32,512 bases of DNA from NCBI GenBank assembly GCA_013389125.1, contig JACADX010000113.1:1-32512 (forward strand), read 5' to 3'. Below are positions 17,747-26,824 of this stretch, one piece after another. Numbering within the stretch: the first letter of the stretch is position 1; each line of letters begins with the position of its first letter. The notes beneath the pieces were generated by a model. That model did not search any database. It saw only the letters and a list, made by a program, of their open reading frames with translations, and was not told the origin of the DNA. This stretch comes from Parvularculaceae bacterium (GTDB taxonomy: Bacteria; Pseudomonadota; Alphaproteobacteria; Caulobacterales; Parvularculaceae). A program made the translations under genes and the position numbers.

Positions 17747-18055
17747 TCAGCTTGAAGCGGCGAGGAGCGCCCCGATCCGGCCGATATAGGCGATCCAGGC
17801 TTCGCGGCCGGCGTCTGTAAGGCGGCATACGGTTCGCGGCTTGCGGCCCGCGAATGTCTTTTCGATACGAAGATAGCCGGCCTCTTCGAGTTTTCTCAAA
17901 TGCACGGAGAGATTGCCGTCCGTGCCGCCGACCTTGGCTTTGAGTTCATTGAAGTCCGCCGAGCCCGCGCCCGAAAGATACGCCATCGCCGCGAGACGGA
18001 CGCGCCCGTGGATGACGTCGTCGATGTCGCGATAATCAAAGCCTTCCGCCGTCAT
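17747..18055 (-). CDS. Winged-helix transcriptional regulator (HTH_34, MarR/ArsR-like)
   Basis: IDDVIHGRVRL, TDGNLSVHLRKLEEAGY, K-F-GRKPRT, LT-AGR. Confidence 0.9.
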   Translation of the reverse strand: MTAEGFDYRDIDDVIHGRVRLAAMAYLSGAGSADFNELKAKVGGTDGNLSVHLRKLEEAGYLRIEKTFAGRKPRTVCRLTDAGREAWIAYIGRIGALLAASS

Positions 18056-18058
18056 GGA

Positions 18059-18700
18059 TCATACGACGTCGCTGGGCTCACGGCGCATCAGGATGAAGCC
18101 GGGAAAGACGGCGCAAACGAGACTGCCGACGGCGCCAAGAAGCAGCTGTCTCGCATCGCCGATGAAATAGAGCGCGGCGATCGAGAATATCCAGGCGGCG
18201 ATCGCGAAGCCGCGCATCCAATCGAGCCGGGCGGCGACCGCCGTCGCGTAAAACGCGACGCCGTACAGGACGAAAGCGATCGGAAACATCAGCCCGAAGA
18301 CAAATTGCGGTTCGACGCCGGCGGCCTTGAACTGGCCCTCGAACGCCATCGCCGCAATCCAGAACAACGACATGAAGACGCCGATCGCGAACCAGGCGGC
18401 GCTCGCCGTCTTGTTGCCGATGGTGAGCGCGCCCGGCTTTCGAAGCGCGCGCGGCCCGAAAAGGAAGCTCGCGCCCCAGCCGATCGCCATTGCGCCGATC
18501 CAGAACGGCAATCCGCCGACAAAGGGCATTGGCAGGAGGCCCGCGACCGAGAAGTAGGTGAGCGCTGCGGCAAGGCCGACGACCCCGCCCCAGATCACGT
18601 AAAGGACGCCGCCGACCAAAGGCGCGTTGCGGCCTTCCTCGGCGAGCGTCTTTACATAGGCGATCTCGCCGGCGAGATCGCCGTTCGGGACCTTGGTCAT
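18059..18700 (-). CDS. Hypothetical membrane protein, partner of the wHTH regulator
   Basis: DLAGEIAYVKTLAEEGR followed by about 6 TM helices; 3 nt before the regulator start; SD AAGGA. Confidence 0.8.
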   Translation of the reverse strand: MTKVPNGDLAGEIAYVKTLAEEGRNAPLVGGVLYVIWGGVVGLAAALTYFSVAGLLPMPFVGGLPFWIGAMAIGWGASFLFGPRALRKPGALTIGNKTASAAWFAIGVFMSLFWIAAMAFEGQFKAAGVEPQFVFGLMFPIAFVLYGVAFYATAVAARLDWMRGFAIAAWIFSIAALYFIGDARQLLLGAVGSLVCAVFPGFILMRREPSDVV

Positions 18701-18719
18701 GGCTGCGTTCCTTCGATTC

Positions 18720-18756
18720 CACTTTGCAAAATAAAGTGAGTATGGGGCGAGCGCAA
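18720..18756 (-). promoter_or_regulatory. Sigma70 promoter with overlapping inverted-repeat operator
   Basis: CACTTT-N7-AAAGTG (18720-18738) overlaps the -10 of minus-strand TTGCGC-N17-TATTTT. Confidence 0.65.
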
Positions 18757-18846
18757 TCCGGACGCGGCCGAACGTGCGCGGCGCGCGTCGAGTCGGGTGG
18801 TTGCGCCGTTCGCGCCGGCTTAGGGTCAAAGGCCGAGGAGGCGACC

Positions 18847-19755
18847 ATGACGAGGCTCGACCGGCGGCGGTTCGTGGCGGCGGCAAGCGCCGTTGCAGCC
18901 TCGGTCGCCAGTTCGAAGGCGTCGCCGTCGCTTTTGATGAAAGCGATCCCGTCGACCGGCGAAACCGTTCCGGCGATCGGCATGGGGAGCTGGCTCACCT
19001 TTGATGTCGGCGACGATCCTTCCTTGCGCCGTCAGCGCGCCGAGGTGCTCGGGGCCTTTTTCGAAGGCGGCGGGCGCATCATCGACTCGTCGCCAATGTA
19101 CGGCTCGTCGCAGGCCGTCATTGGCGCCGCGCTGAAATCGCTCGGCAAGGCGGACGCGTGTTTTGCGGCGGACAAGGTATGGACGCCCGGCGGCGAAGAA
19201 GGTCCATCGCAGATCGACCGCACGCGGAGGCGTTGGGGCGTTGAGCGCTTCGACCTCCTACAGGTTCACAATCTCGTCGACTGGCGGCGCCATCTCGAAA
19301 CGCTGTTTGCAATGAAGGCGGAGGGCCGGCTTCGGTATGTCGGGGTGACGACTTACGCCGGGCTTCGGCACGCCGAGGTTGAAGCGATCATGACCTCGGA
19401 ACCGATCGACTTTGTGCAGCTCACTTACAATATCGCCGACCGCGAGGCCGAAGAGCGGATTCTTCCGCTTGCGGTCGAGCGCCGGATCGCCGTCATCGCC
19501 AATCGGCCCTTCCGCGAAGGCGCGCTCTTTGCGCGCGTTGAGGGCGCAAGACCGCCTGATTTCGCAGCGGATATCGGCGCGTCGACCTGGGCGCAGTTCA
19601 TGCTGAAATTCGCGATCTCGCACCCTGCCGTCACCTGCGCCATTCCAGCGACGCGTCGCGTTGATCACATGCGTGAAAACGTCGGCGCGTTGACAGGACC
19701 GTCTCCCGATGCGGCGATGCGTCGGAAGATGGCGGCGGCGTTCGACGCGCTTTAA
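18847..19755 (+). CDS. Aldo/keto reductase with RR-type N-terminal signal
   Basis: LDRRRFV leader; IDSSPMYG, ADKV, LLQVHN, RYVGVT, NRPF, IPAT; SD GAGGAGG. Confidence 0.9.
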   Translation: MTRLDRRRFVAAASAVAASVASSKASPSLLMKAIPSTGETVPAIGMGSWLTFDVGDDPSLRRQRAEVLGAFFEGGGRIIDSSPMYGSSQAVIGAALKSLGKADACFAADKVWTPGGEEGPSQIDRTRRRWGVERFDLLQVHNLVDWRRHLETLFAMKAEGRLRYVGVTTYAGLRHAEVEAIMTSEPIDFVQLTYNIADREAEERILPLAVERRIAVIANRPFREGALFARVEGARPPDFAADIGASTWAQFMLKFAISHPAVTCAIPATRRVDHMRENVGALTGPSPDAAMRRKMAAAFDAL

Positions 19756-20477
19756 TTCGACCCGCGCGGCTTGATCGACGGCGCGCGCGGCGTCGCGGCC
19801 GGCTGCGAAGGAGCGGTGACCTCCGGCGGCGTTTCGACTGCGGAAGCGGTCGGCGATGGGGCGACGATTTTCGGCGCCGCCTGCGGCGCGCCGGTCAGCA
19901 TCGCAAGCGAATCGACCGCCTCGACGGATGCGGTTTCGATCGGCGCCTCAGCGACGACGCGACCCTTCGCGTAATCATAAATAAGAATTTCCTGTCCGAA
20001 TGGGCTTTCGACGTGCAGCGCGACCCGGTCGCCGTCGAGCGAAATGTCGGCGATGCGCATGTCTTCATCGAGCGCAATCGCCGGTCGGCTTGCCGCGGTC
20101 GATCGCGCCGCGGCGAAAGACGGCGATGTCGCCTGCACGGTTGACGGCTGTTCAAGCGTCTCGACATCGGCGACAGCCGCCGCGCCCTTCGTTTCGCCGA
20201 CCGGTTTGCCGAAAAGCGCCAATGCCCCCATCACCACGACGAGAAAGACGGCCGGCATCGTGACGACTCCGATCATGACGGCGCGCGCCGGCGCGGGCTC
20301 TCCCGCTCGTTCCGCCCTTTCCGGCGCCGCGCCCGCCGCGCCCTGGAATCGCCGCTCCCATTCGCGCGCATCGTCGCCCTGCTGCAACAGCTTTAGCGCC
20401 TGCCGGCGCAGCTGGTCGGCGCTTCTCGGCGCCTCGCCATCCGCCGTCATCACGAAGTTTGGCTCCGACCCGGACAT
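19752..20477 (-). CDS. Hypothetical single-TM protein divergent from rluD (DUF6476-like core)
   Basis: One TM (VMIGVVTMPAVFLVVVMGALALF), RIADISLDGDRVALHVE-G-EILIYD-G beta domain, P/A/T-rich tail. Confidence 0.65.
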   Translation of the reverse strand: MSGSEPNFVMTADGEAPRSADQLRRQALKLLQQGDDAREWERRFQGAAGAAPERAERAGEPAPARAVMIGVVTMPAVFLVVVMGALALFGKPVGETKGAAAVADVETLEQPSTVQATSPSFAAARSTAASRPAIALDEDMRIADISLDGDRVALHVESPFGQEILIYDYAKGRVVAEAPIETASVEAVDSLAMLTGAPQAAPKIVAPSPTASAVETPPEVTAPSQPAATPRAPSIKPRGSN

Positions 20478-20514
20478 TTGACAGACCCTCCGCGGCCGTG
20501 ACATCGGCGGCGCC

Positions 20515-21552
20515 ATGACAGACGAGGCAAATCCCGCCGAAACGCAGCGCTTCACGGTTCGTTCCGACTATGCGGGAACAAGGCTTGATAAATGGTTGTC
20601 GGAGGCCGCGAGCGGCTTCACGCGGACCCGGATCAAGGCGCTGATCGAAGGCGGCGCTGTGTCCCGAAATGGGGCGATATTTGACGACGCTTCCTGGAAA
20701 ATTCGTGAAGGAGAAGTCTACGCGCTGACGCCGCCGCCGATTGAGCCATGGGCTGTGGCGGGCGAGACGATCCCGCTCGACATTCTCTTTGAGGACAAGG
20801 ACCTTGTCGTCATCAACAAACCAGCTGGCATGGTCGTCCATCCGGCGCCCGGCAACTGGACGTCGACGCTCGTCAAAGCCCTCGTCGCGCATTGCGGCGA
20901 TGGGCTTTCCGGCGTCGGCAGCGTCGCGCGGCCCGGCGTCGTGCACCGGATCGACAAGGACACGTCCGGCCTCGTCGTCTCCGCCAAGACCGATTCGGCG
21001 CATCTAAAGCTCCGGCGCGCTTTCTCCGTACACGACATCGAGCGGGTCTATGACGCTATCGCCGTCGGCGCGCCAAGGCCGGCGGCGGGAACGATTGACG
21101 CGCCGCTGGCGCGCGCCGCGACCGACCGGAAGAAGATGGCGGTGATCGACGAAGGTGACGATCGGCCCGGCAAGCGGCGCGCCGTCACGCACTACCGGGT
21201 GACCGAAGTCTACGGCAGGGGCCGCGCCAAACTCGCCGGAGACGCAATCGCTTCCCTGGTCGAATGCCGGCTCGAAACTGGGCGGACCCACCAGATCCGG
21301 GTTCACCTCGCGTCGATTGGTCACCCGCTCATCGGCGATCCGGTCTACGGCCGCGGACCCGGCCTATCGGGCCTGAGGCCCGGGGATCCTGCGGCCGACC
21401 GCGCCCGCGGCGTTCTTTCCGCGTTCCGACGGCAGGCTCTCCACGCCCGCGTTTTGGGTTTTGAACACCCGGGAACCGGCGAGGCGCTCCGTTTCGAGGC
21501 CGAACCGCCGGCCGATTTCATCGCCCTCCGTGACGCCCTTCGGGCGCTTTAA
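20515..21552 (+). CDS. rluD: 23S rRNA pseudouridine synthase, RluA family
   Basis: S4 domain RLDKWL, NKPAGMVVHP, HRIDKDTSG, GRTHQIRVH, RQALHA; immediately upstream of rpoH. Confidence 0.93.
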   Translation: MTDEANPAETQRFTVRSDYAGTRLDKWLSEAASGFTRTRIKALIEGGAVSRNGAIFDDASWKIREGEVYALTPPPIEPWAVAGETIPLDILFEDKDLVVINKPAGMVVHPAPGNWTSTLVKALVAHCGDGLSGVGSVARPGVVHRIDKDTSGLVVSAKTDSAHLKLRRAFSVHDIERVYDAIAVGAPRPAAGTIDAPLARAATDRKKMAVIDEGDDRPGKRRAVTHYRVTEVYGRGRAKLAGDAIASLVECRLETGRTHQIRVHLASIGHPLIGDPVYGRGPGLSGLRPGDPAADRARGVLSAFRRQALHARVLGFEHPGTGEALRFEAEPPADFIALRDALRAL

Positions 21553-21673
21553 TGCTTTGACCTAACGGGGATTTGCAGAACTTCACCGAATCGCGACTGG
21601 GCGGAGACGGGGCGCTTGCGGTATTGATCGCTCTTCGCCCGCGCCGCATGTGCGACAATCCATGGCGGCGGCT

Positions 21674-21702
21674 GTTGGATCGGGGAACGGCGATCCCCAT
21701 AT
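21674..21702 (+). promoter_or_regulatory. Putative sigma32 promoter of rpoH
   Basis: GTTG-N17-CCCCATAT. Confidence 0.6.
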
Positions 21703-21760
21703 AGCCGCGGTTCGCCGCCCAAGACTTCACCGGGCGGCGTCGGGGCTGACAGAGAGTTTG

Positions 21761-22678
21761 ATGGCAAGAGACCTAGTCGCCGCGCCAGCGCTGACGCCGG
21801 AGGGGAGCCTTTCGCGATACCTCGCGGAAATCCGCAAATTCCCCATGCTGGCGAAAGATGAGGAGTACATGCTGGCGAAGCGGTTCGCCGAGCATGCGGA
21901 TTCCGACGCCGCGCACAAGCTCGTCACCAGTCACCTGCGCCTCGTGGCGAAGATCGCGATGGGGTATCGAGGCTACGGCCTGCCGATCGGCGAGGTGATT
22001 TCCGAAGGCAATGTTGGGCTCATGCAGGCGGTCAAACGCTTCGATCCCGACAAGGGCTTTCGCCTTGCGACCTACGCCATGTGGTGGATCAAGGCCGCCA
22101 TCCAGGAATACATCCTGCGTTCGTGGAGCCTTGTGAAAATCGGAACGACCGCCGCCCAGAAAAAGCTCTTCTTCAACCTCCGGAAGATCAAGGGCCAGAT
22201 CGATGCGATCGAAGACGGCGACCTCAATCCCGAGCAGGTGAAGCTCATCGCCGACAAGCTCGGCGTGGCGCAGGACGAAGTCGTCCAGATGAACCGTCGA
22301 ATGACCGGCGGCGAGGCGTCGTTGAACGCGCCGCTCGGCAAGACCGACGACAGCGGCGGCGAATGGCAGGACTGGCTCGTCGACGAGAATGCCGTCAACG
22401 CCGAGCAGAAGCTCGCGCAGGACGACGAATACGAACTGCGGATGTCGCTCCTCGAAAAGGCCCTCGCGACCTTAAACGAGCGCGAGCAGCACATCATCAC
22501 GGAACGCCGCCTCAAGGACGAGCCGGCGACGCTTGAAGAATTGTCGCAACAATACGGCGTTTCGCGCGAGCGCGTTCGGCAGATCGAAGTGCGCGCGTTC
22601 GACAAGCTCCAAAAGGCGATGAAGCGCCTTGAGCGCGAATCGCGAGGCGCGACGCTAGACGCGGAAAGTCGGGCCTGA
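21761..22678 (+). CDS. rpoH: RNA polymerase sigma-32 factor
   Basis: SHLRLVAKIA, FRLATYAMWWI, RpoH box QKKLFFNLR, VSRERVRQIE. Confidence 0.97.
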   Translation: MARDLVAAPALTPEGSLSRYLAEIRKFPMLAKDEEYMLAKRFAEHADSDAAHKLVTSHLRLVAKIAMGYRGYGLPIGEVISEGNVGLMQAVKRFDPDKGFRLATYAMWWIKAAIQEYILRSWSLVKIGTTAAQKKLFFNLRKIKGQIDAIEDGDLNPEQVKLIADKLGVAQDEVVQMNRRMTGGEASLNAPLGKTDDSGGEWQDWLVDENAVNAEQKLAQDDEYELRMSLLEKALATLNEREQHIITERRLKDEPATLEELSQQYGVSRERVRQIEVRAFDKLQKAMKRLERESRGATLDAESRA

Positions 22679-22769
22679 ACGGCGACGCTTCTATTGCGCA
22701 GTTCAGCAGGATTGGCGCCTGGCGCCCCGGCGATTTGCTCGTCTTGCCGCATTAAAGAAGGAGCCGCCG

Positions 22770-23597
22770 ATGGCCGCCGCGTCCGCCGAGAAAGTCAGCA
22801 GGTTTCGCGCGCTTCACCGCCGCGGCGCCGCCTTCGTGTTTCCCAACTTCTGGGATGCAGGCTCAGCAAGGATCCTTGAAGGGCTGGGATTCCCGGCGCT
22901 CGCTTCGACGAGTTCAGGATTTGCGCTCACCAAAGGGCGCGCCGATTACGGCGTCACGCGCGACGAGGTCATGGAGCACGCACGCGCAATTTGCGCGGCC
23001 GTCGAAATCCCGGTCGCCGCCGATCTCGAAAACGGTTTTGGACCGGCGCCGGAAGATTGCGCCGCGACGATCCGGCTGGCGTCGGCGGCCGGCCTTTGCG
23101 GGGGGTCGATCGAAGATTCGACGGGAGACAAGCAAAGCCCGATTCACGAGAAATCCGCCGCCGTCGCGCGCGTCCGCGCCGCCGTCGAAGCCGCGCGCGC
23201 CGCGCCGCAAGGGTTCCTTCTGACCGCCCGCGCCGAGGCGTTTCTTTACGGCGACGCGGACCTTAAAGACGTGATTTCGCGCCTTGAGGCGTTTGAAGAC
23301 GCTGGCGCGGACGTGCTCTTTGCGCCGGGCCTTCCTTCGCTCGACGCCGTAAGGGCTGTCTGCGCGGCGGTCTCGAAACCCGTCAATGTTCTCGTCTACG
23401 GGGCGCTCGCGCGGCATTCGGTCGCCGAATTTGCAGACGCTGGCGTCGCGCGGCTTTCCTTGGGCGGGGGCCTCGCAAACGCCGCTTACGGAGCGCTTGC
23501 CGAAATCGCGGCGGCGATCCGCGAGGGCGGAACGTTCGACGCGCTCGCCTCCCACCGCGCGGGCGTCAGGACGTTCAAAAACCTTATCGGCGATTGA
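22770..23597 (+). CDS. Isocitrate lyase/PEP mutase family protein
   Basis: PNFWDAGSA, ASTSSG, ADLENGFG, GGSIED, TARAE, GADVLFAPG; no KKCGH loop; SD AAGGAG. Confidence 0.9.
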   Translation: MAAASAEKVSRFRALHRRGAAFVFPNFWDAGSARILEGLGFPALASTSSGFALTKGRADYGVTRDEVMEHARAICAAVEIPVAADLENGFGPAPEDCAATIRLASAAGLCGGSIEDSTGDKQSPIHEKSAAVARVRAAVEAARAAPQGFLLTARAEAFLYGDADLKDVISRLEAFEDAGADVLFAPGLPSLDAVRAVCAAVSKPVNVLVYGALARHSVAEFADAGVARLSLGGGLANAAYGALAEIAAAIREGGTFDALASHRAGVRTFKNLIGD

Positions 23598-23802
23598 CGT
23601 CGGCGTTTGGCGCCGGTTTCGCCGCCGACGCGCGCGACCCGCCGATCCCGATCGTCGATGCCGCCTTGGGCCCTTGCTGCGCTGATTTCGTCGCGCCGGC
23701 GAGGCTCGTGTGCGCTCTTGCGGCGGACGGGCGCGCATAGAGCATGGCCGCGGCTACGGCGGGAATCGCAATTGAACCGGGCCGCACTGAAGTCTGATCC
23801 AT
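23584..23802 (-). CDS. Putative small protein (72 aa), unverified
   Basis: SD GGGAGA 7 nt before the ATG; no recognisable family; 3' end overlaps the neighbouring stop. Confidence 0.3.
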   Translation of the reverse strand: MDQTSVRPGSIAIPAVAAAMLYARPSAARAHTSLAGATKSAQQGPKAASTIGIGGSRASAAKPAPNADVNRR

Positions 23803-24052
23803 GTCGCAGTCTCCCAATTCATCGGTTCGGCTGTCGCGAACCTTCAACATGGGAACGAAAACTATGACTGCAAGTCCGCCCCGCCAATGCGTAAGGCGGC
23901 ATCGCATTCATAAGCTGATCGCATGCTGCAACAGCGAACGCCCAGCGATGGTTGCGCGCAATTTGAATCAAGAAATCTGGCGAAGCCGCTCGTTCGGCGC
24001 GGCCTGCCGAGCCGCGGAATGACGCTGATCGCGATTCGCCTGGGCCGGAGCT

Positions 24053-24158
24053 TTGAGCGCCGGGCGAAAAAGTGGAGAGCGGTTCTTCGCAAAGCCGGCG
24101 CGCAGATCTGGAAACTGCGCCAATGGCCGAAGCTCCCATCGTCGGCGACTTGGCGCGC
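24053..24158. repeat. Degenerate RIME/CIR-like double-hairpin element (copy 2, opposite orientation)
   Basis: GCGCCGG(24057)/CCGGCGC(24095) enclosing AAAAGTGGAGAGCGGTTCTTCG; second hairpin GCGCCAA(24117)/TTGGCGC(24150). Confidence 0.6.
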
Positions 24159-24164
24159 CCGACT

Positions 24165-24512
24165 TCAGAGTCGGACGACATATTCCTTTCGCGTCGTCTC
24201 GACGACCTCCCAAACGCCGCGAAATCCAGGGCGGATGATGAAGCTGTCGCCGGCGGCGACGCGGTTCGGTTCGCCGCCGTCTTCTGTGATGACCGAGACG
24301 CCCGAGAGAATCCGGCAATATTCCCATTCGTCATATTCGACCCGCCAGGCGCCGGGCGTTGATTCCCAGACGCCGGCGTAAAGACCGCCAGGCCGCTCCT
24401 CGAGGCTCCAGGTCGTGAACCGGGGCGAACCGGAAAGGACGCGCGCCGCCGGCGGAGCGCCGGGTTCAGCGGCGAGGCCGGAGACGTCGAGGCGCGCAAA
24501 GAGCGGCGGCAT
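24165..24512 (-). CDS. Cupin domain protein (DUF861/EutQ-like)
   Basis: GVWESTPG-W-YDEWEYC-ILSG, AGDSFIIRPGFRG-WEV-ETTRK. Confidence 0.88.
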   Translation of the reverse strand: MPPLFARLDVSGLAAEPGAPPAARVLSGSPRFTTWSLEERPGGLYAGVWESTPGAWRVEYDEWEYCRILSGVSVITEDGGEPNRVAAGDSFIIRPGFRGVWEVVETTRKEYVVRL

Positions 24513-24519
24513 CGGCGCG

Positions 24520-24921
24520 CTACAGCAACAAGAGATCGCGAACTGCGATCGCCATCAGGAACAGGGTTGCGACGACGAAGGCTGCAAATCGCAGCATGAC
24601 CCGCCGCACCACGATCTGCATCATCGAATGGATGATGCGCGCGCCGACATAGGCCCAGGCGAGAGCGATGTTGATCGCGTCGCCGGCGCCGACGAGATGC
24701 GTGTAGAACGCGAGCGCGTAGAAAATCGTCGGCTGTTCATGAAGATGGTTATAATTGTCGGCGACGACGCGGACGCCGGTCGGCAGCGCGGCGAGCGATC
24801 CTGGATGGACCGCCGATTGCGGATCGATCTTCGCTTTCCGCATCGCGGGTATCCGGGTCGCATACATCCAGATCCAGACGATGAGGGTCCATGAGACGAG
24901 GGCGAGGATCGGAGTCAGCAT
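24520..24921 (-). CDS. MAPEG family membrane protein
   Basis: WMYATRIPA, ADNYNHLHEQPTIFY, AWAYV-ARIIHS; SD AGGAG. Confidence 0.88.
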   Translation of the reverse strand: MLTPILALVSWTLIVWIWMYATRIPAMRKAKIDPQSAVHPGSLAALPTGVRVVADNYNHLHEQPTIFYALAFYTHLVGAGDAINIALAWAYVGARIIHSMMQIVVRRVMLRFAAFVVATLFLMAIAVRDLLLL

Positions 24922-24937
24922 CCGTTTCTCCTAAAAT

Positions 24938-25408
24938 TCACCGGATATCCGCCGTTTGCCAGCTGTACCGCCAGTTCGGCTGCGTGACGATGGTGAACTT
25001 CGTGATGACGCTTGGATCGCCGCCGACGGCGGCGTCCGAGGGACGGTAGCGCCGGTCTTCGATCGCAAGCTTCCCGGACCGGACAAAGCGGTAATGGAGG
25101 TTTTCCGGCCCCTTGTACAAAAGAACGACGTCTTGCGGCTTGCCGTCGGGACCGACGGTGAACTTGTAATAGAGGCAGACATGCGGGCGTCCCGGCGCCC
25201 CGCGCGGCCAGTCATAGCCGCGGCCCTCCGCGACGAGCACCGGGCTTGCGCTGGTCCGCGGCGGCAACGTCGCCTCGAAAGCGTCGCATGCCGCCCGCGT
25301 CTCCGCAGCGAAAGCCTCCCACTCGTCGCTGAATTCAGCGTTCAGATCGGCGCCGAATAACGCCAGCACGGTTCCGAAAATTGCGCCGGCGAGCTTTCTT
25401 ATTCTCAT
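24938..25408 (-). CDS. Secreted protein with a TonB C-terminal-like domain
   Basis: Signal peptide MRIRKLAGAIFGTVLALFGADLNA; FTVGPDGKPQDVVLL...F-R---AI---RY-P pattern; SD GAGGTGGAG. Confidence 0.6.
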   Translation of the reverse strand: MRIRKLAGAIFGTVLALFGADLNAEFSDEWEAFAAETRAACDAFEATLPPRTSASPVLVAEGRGYDWPRGAPGRPHVCLYYKFTVGPDGKPQDVVLLYKGPENLHYRFVRSGKLAIEDRRYRPSDAAVGGDPSVITKFTIVTQPNWRYSWQTADIR

Positions 25409-25490
25409 TCTCCACCTCGGTGGCGGCGAATTTGAGCGCAAGTTTCGCAGTTTGGCGCGGCTGGCGTCAATGAACGCGAATTCAACCGGG

Positions 25491-26711
25491 CTAGGCCGCG
25501 TTCGAATGCTTCTTGAACTCGACCTTGGAGATCGCCCGGCAGTGCACCTCGTCCGGCCCGTCGGCGAGCCGGAGGGTGCGCAACGACGCATAAGCGCGCG
25601 CCAGGCCGAAGTCGGTCGTCACGCCGGCGCCGCCATGCGCCTGAATGGCGTCGTCAAGAACGCGCAAGGCGACGCGCGGCGCGGCGACCTTGATCATGGC
25701 GATCTCCGCCTGCGCCGCCTTGTTGCCGACCGTGTCCATCATCCACGCCGCCTTGAGGGTCAGAAGGCGCGCCATTTCGATGTCGATTCGCGCCTCGGCG
25801 ACGCGCTGCTCCCAGATCGAGTGCTTGTAGATCGGCTTGCCGAACGCTTCGCGCGTCAAGAGGCGCTTCACCATCTTCTCAAGCGCGACCTCCGCCGCGC
25901 CGATCGTCCGCATGCAGTGGTGAATGCGTCCCGGTCCGAGCCGGCCTTGCGCGATCTCGAAGCCCCGTCCTTCGCCGAGCAGCATGTTCTCCTTCGGCAC
26001 ACGGACGTTTTCGAGGACGATCTCCATATGGCCGTGCGGCGCGTCGTCGTAGCCAAAGACCGGAAGATGGCGGACGATCTTGACCCCCTTGGCGTTCGCC
26101 GGAACGAGGATCATCGACTGCTGGGCGTGCGTCGGCGCGGTTTTGTCGGTCTTGCCCATCACGATGTAAATCTTGCAGCGCGGATCGCCTGCTCCGGACG
26201 ACCACCATTTGCGGCCGTTGATGACGTAGTCGCCGCCGTCGCGGCGGATGTCGGTTTCAATGTTCGTCGCGTCGGAAGAGGCGACCTGCGGCTCGGTCAT
26301 CAGGAAAGCGGAGCGGATTTTCCCGTCGAGAAGCGGCTGCAGCCATTCCTCCTGCTGCGCCGGCGTCCCGTACTTCATCAAGACTTCCATATTGCCGGTA
26401 TCGGGCGCCGCGCAGTTGAAAACCTCGGGCGCGATATGGCAGCGGCCGGTCAGTTCGGCGACAGGCGCATAATCGGCGTTCGAAAGCCCCGGCCCGAATT
26501 TCGGATTGGGGTGAAACATGTTCCAGAGGCCCTCGGCCTTGGCCTTGGCTTTCAGTTCCTCGATAATCGGCGGAACTTTCCATCGGCCTTCGGGACCGAA
26601 GGCCTGATGCTGGCGCTCATAGATTTCGTCGCCCTCATAGACATGCTTGTCCATGAACGCGCCAACGCGCGCGAGATAGTCGTTGCAGCGGGCGGAATAG
26701 GCGAAATCCAT
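25491..26711 (-). CDS. Acyl-CoA dehydrogenase (ACAD10/11-like)
   Basis: [58 protein letters not shown]; SD AAGGAG. Confidence 0.95.
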   Translation of the reverse strand: MDFAYSARCNDYLARVGAFMDKHVYEGDEIYERQHQAFGPEGRWKVPPIIEELKAKAKAEGLWNMFHPNPKFGPGLSNADYAPVAELTGRCHIAPEVFNCAAPDTGNMEVLMKYGTPAQQEEWLQPLLDGKIRSAFLMTEPQVASSDATNIETDIRRDGGDYVINGRKWWSSGAGDPRCKIYIVMGKTDKTAPTHAQQSMILVPANAKGVKIVRHLPVFGYDDAPHGHMEIVLENVRVPKENMLLGEGRGFEIAQGRLGPGRIHHCMRTIGAAEVALEKMVKRLLTREAFGKPIYKHSIWEQRVAEARIDIEMARLLTLKAAWMMDTVGNKAAQAEIAMIKVAAPRVALRVLDDAIQAHGGAGVTTDFGLARAYASLRTLRLADGPDEVHCRAISKVEFKKHSNAA

Positions 26712-26824
26712 GGCGCGGGCTCCTTTTCTGCCGGCATGATAGCTTCGCGCCCGGCGCATGAAAGCTTCAAGCGCAGCATCAGGGCGTTTTCTTCCGCTTT
26801 CATTTGAGCGATTGTGGGCGACTT

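Noticed and set aside
22720-22740. TGGC...TTGC resembling a sigma54 promoter
   Set aside because: GG-to-GC spacing is 14 nt rather than the required 10
25452-26807. Long antisense ORFs (451 aa here; also 1684-2676, 13864-14919, 28179-29654 and others)
   Set aside because: Shadow frames opposite well-supported genes in high-GC DNA; Arg/Ala-rich with no motifs
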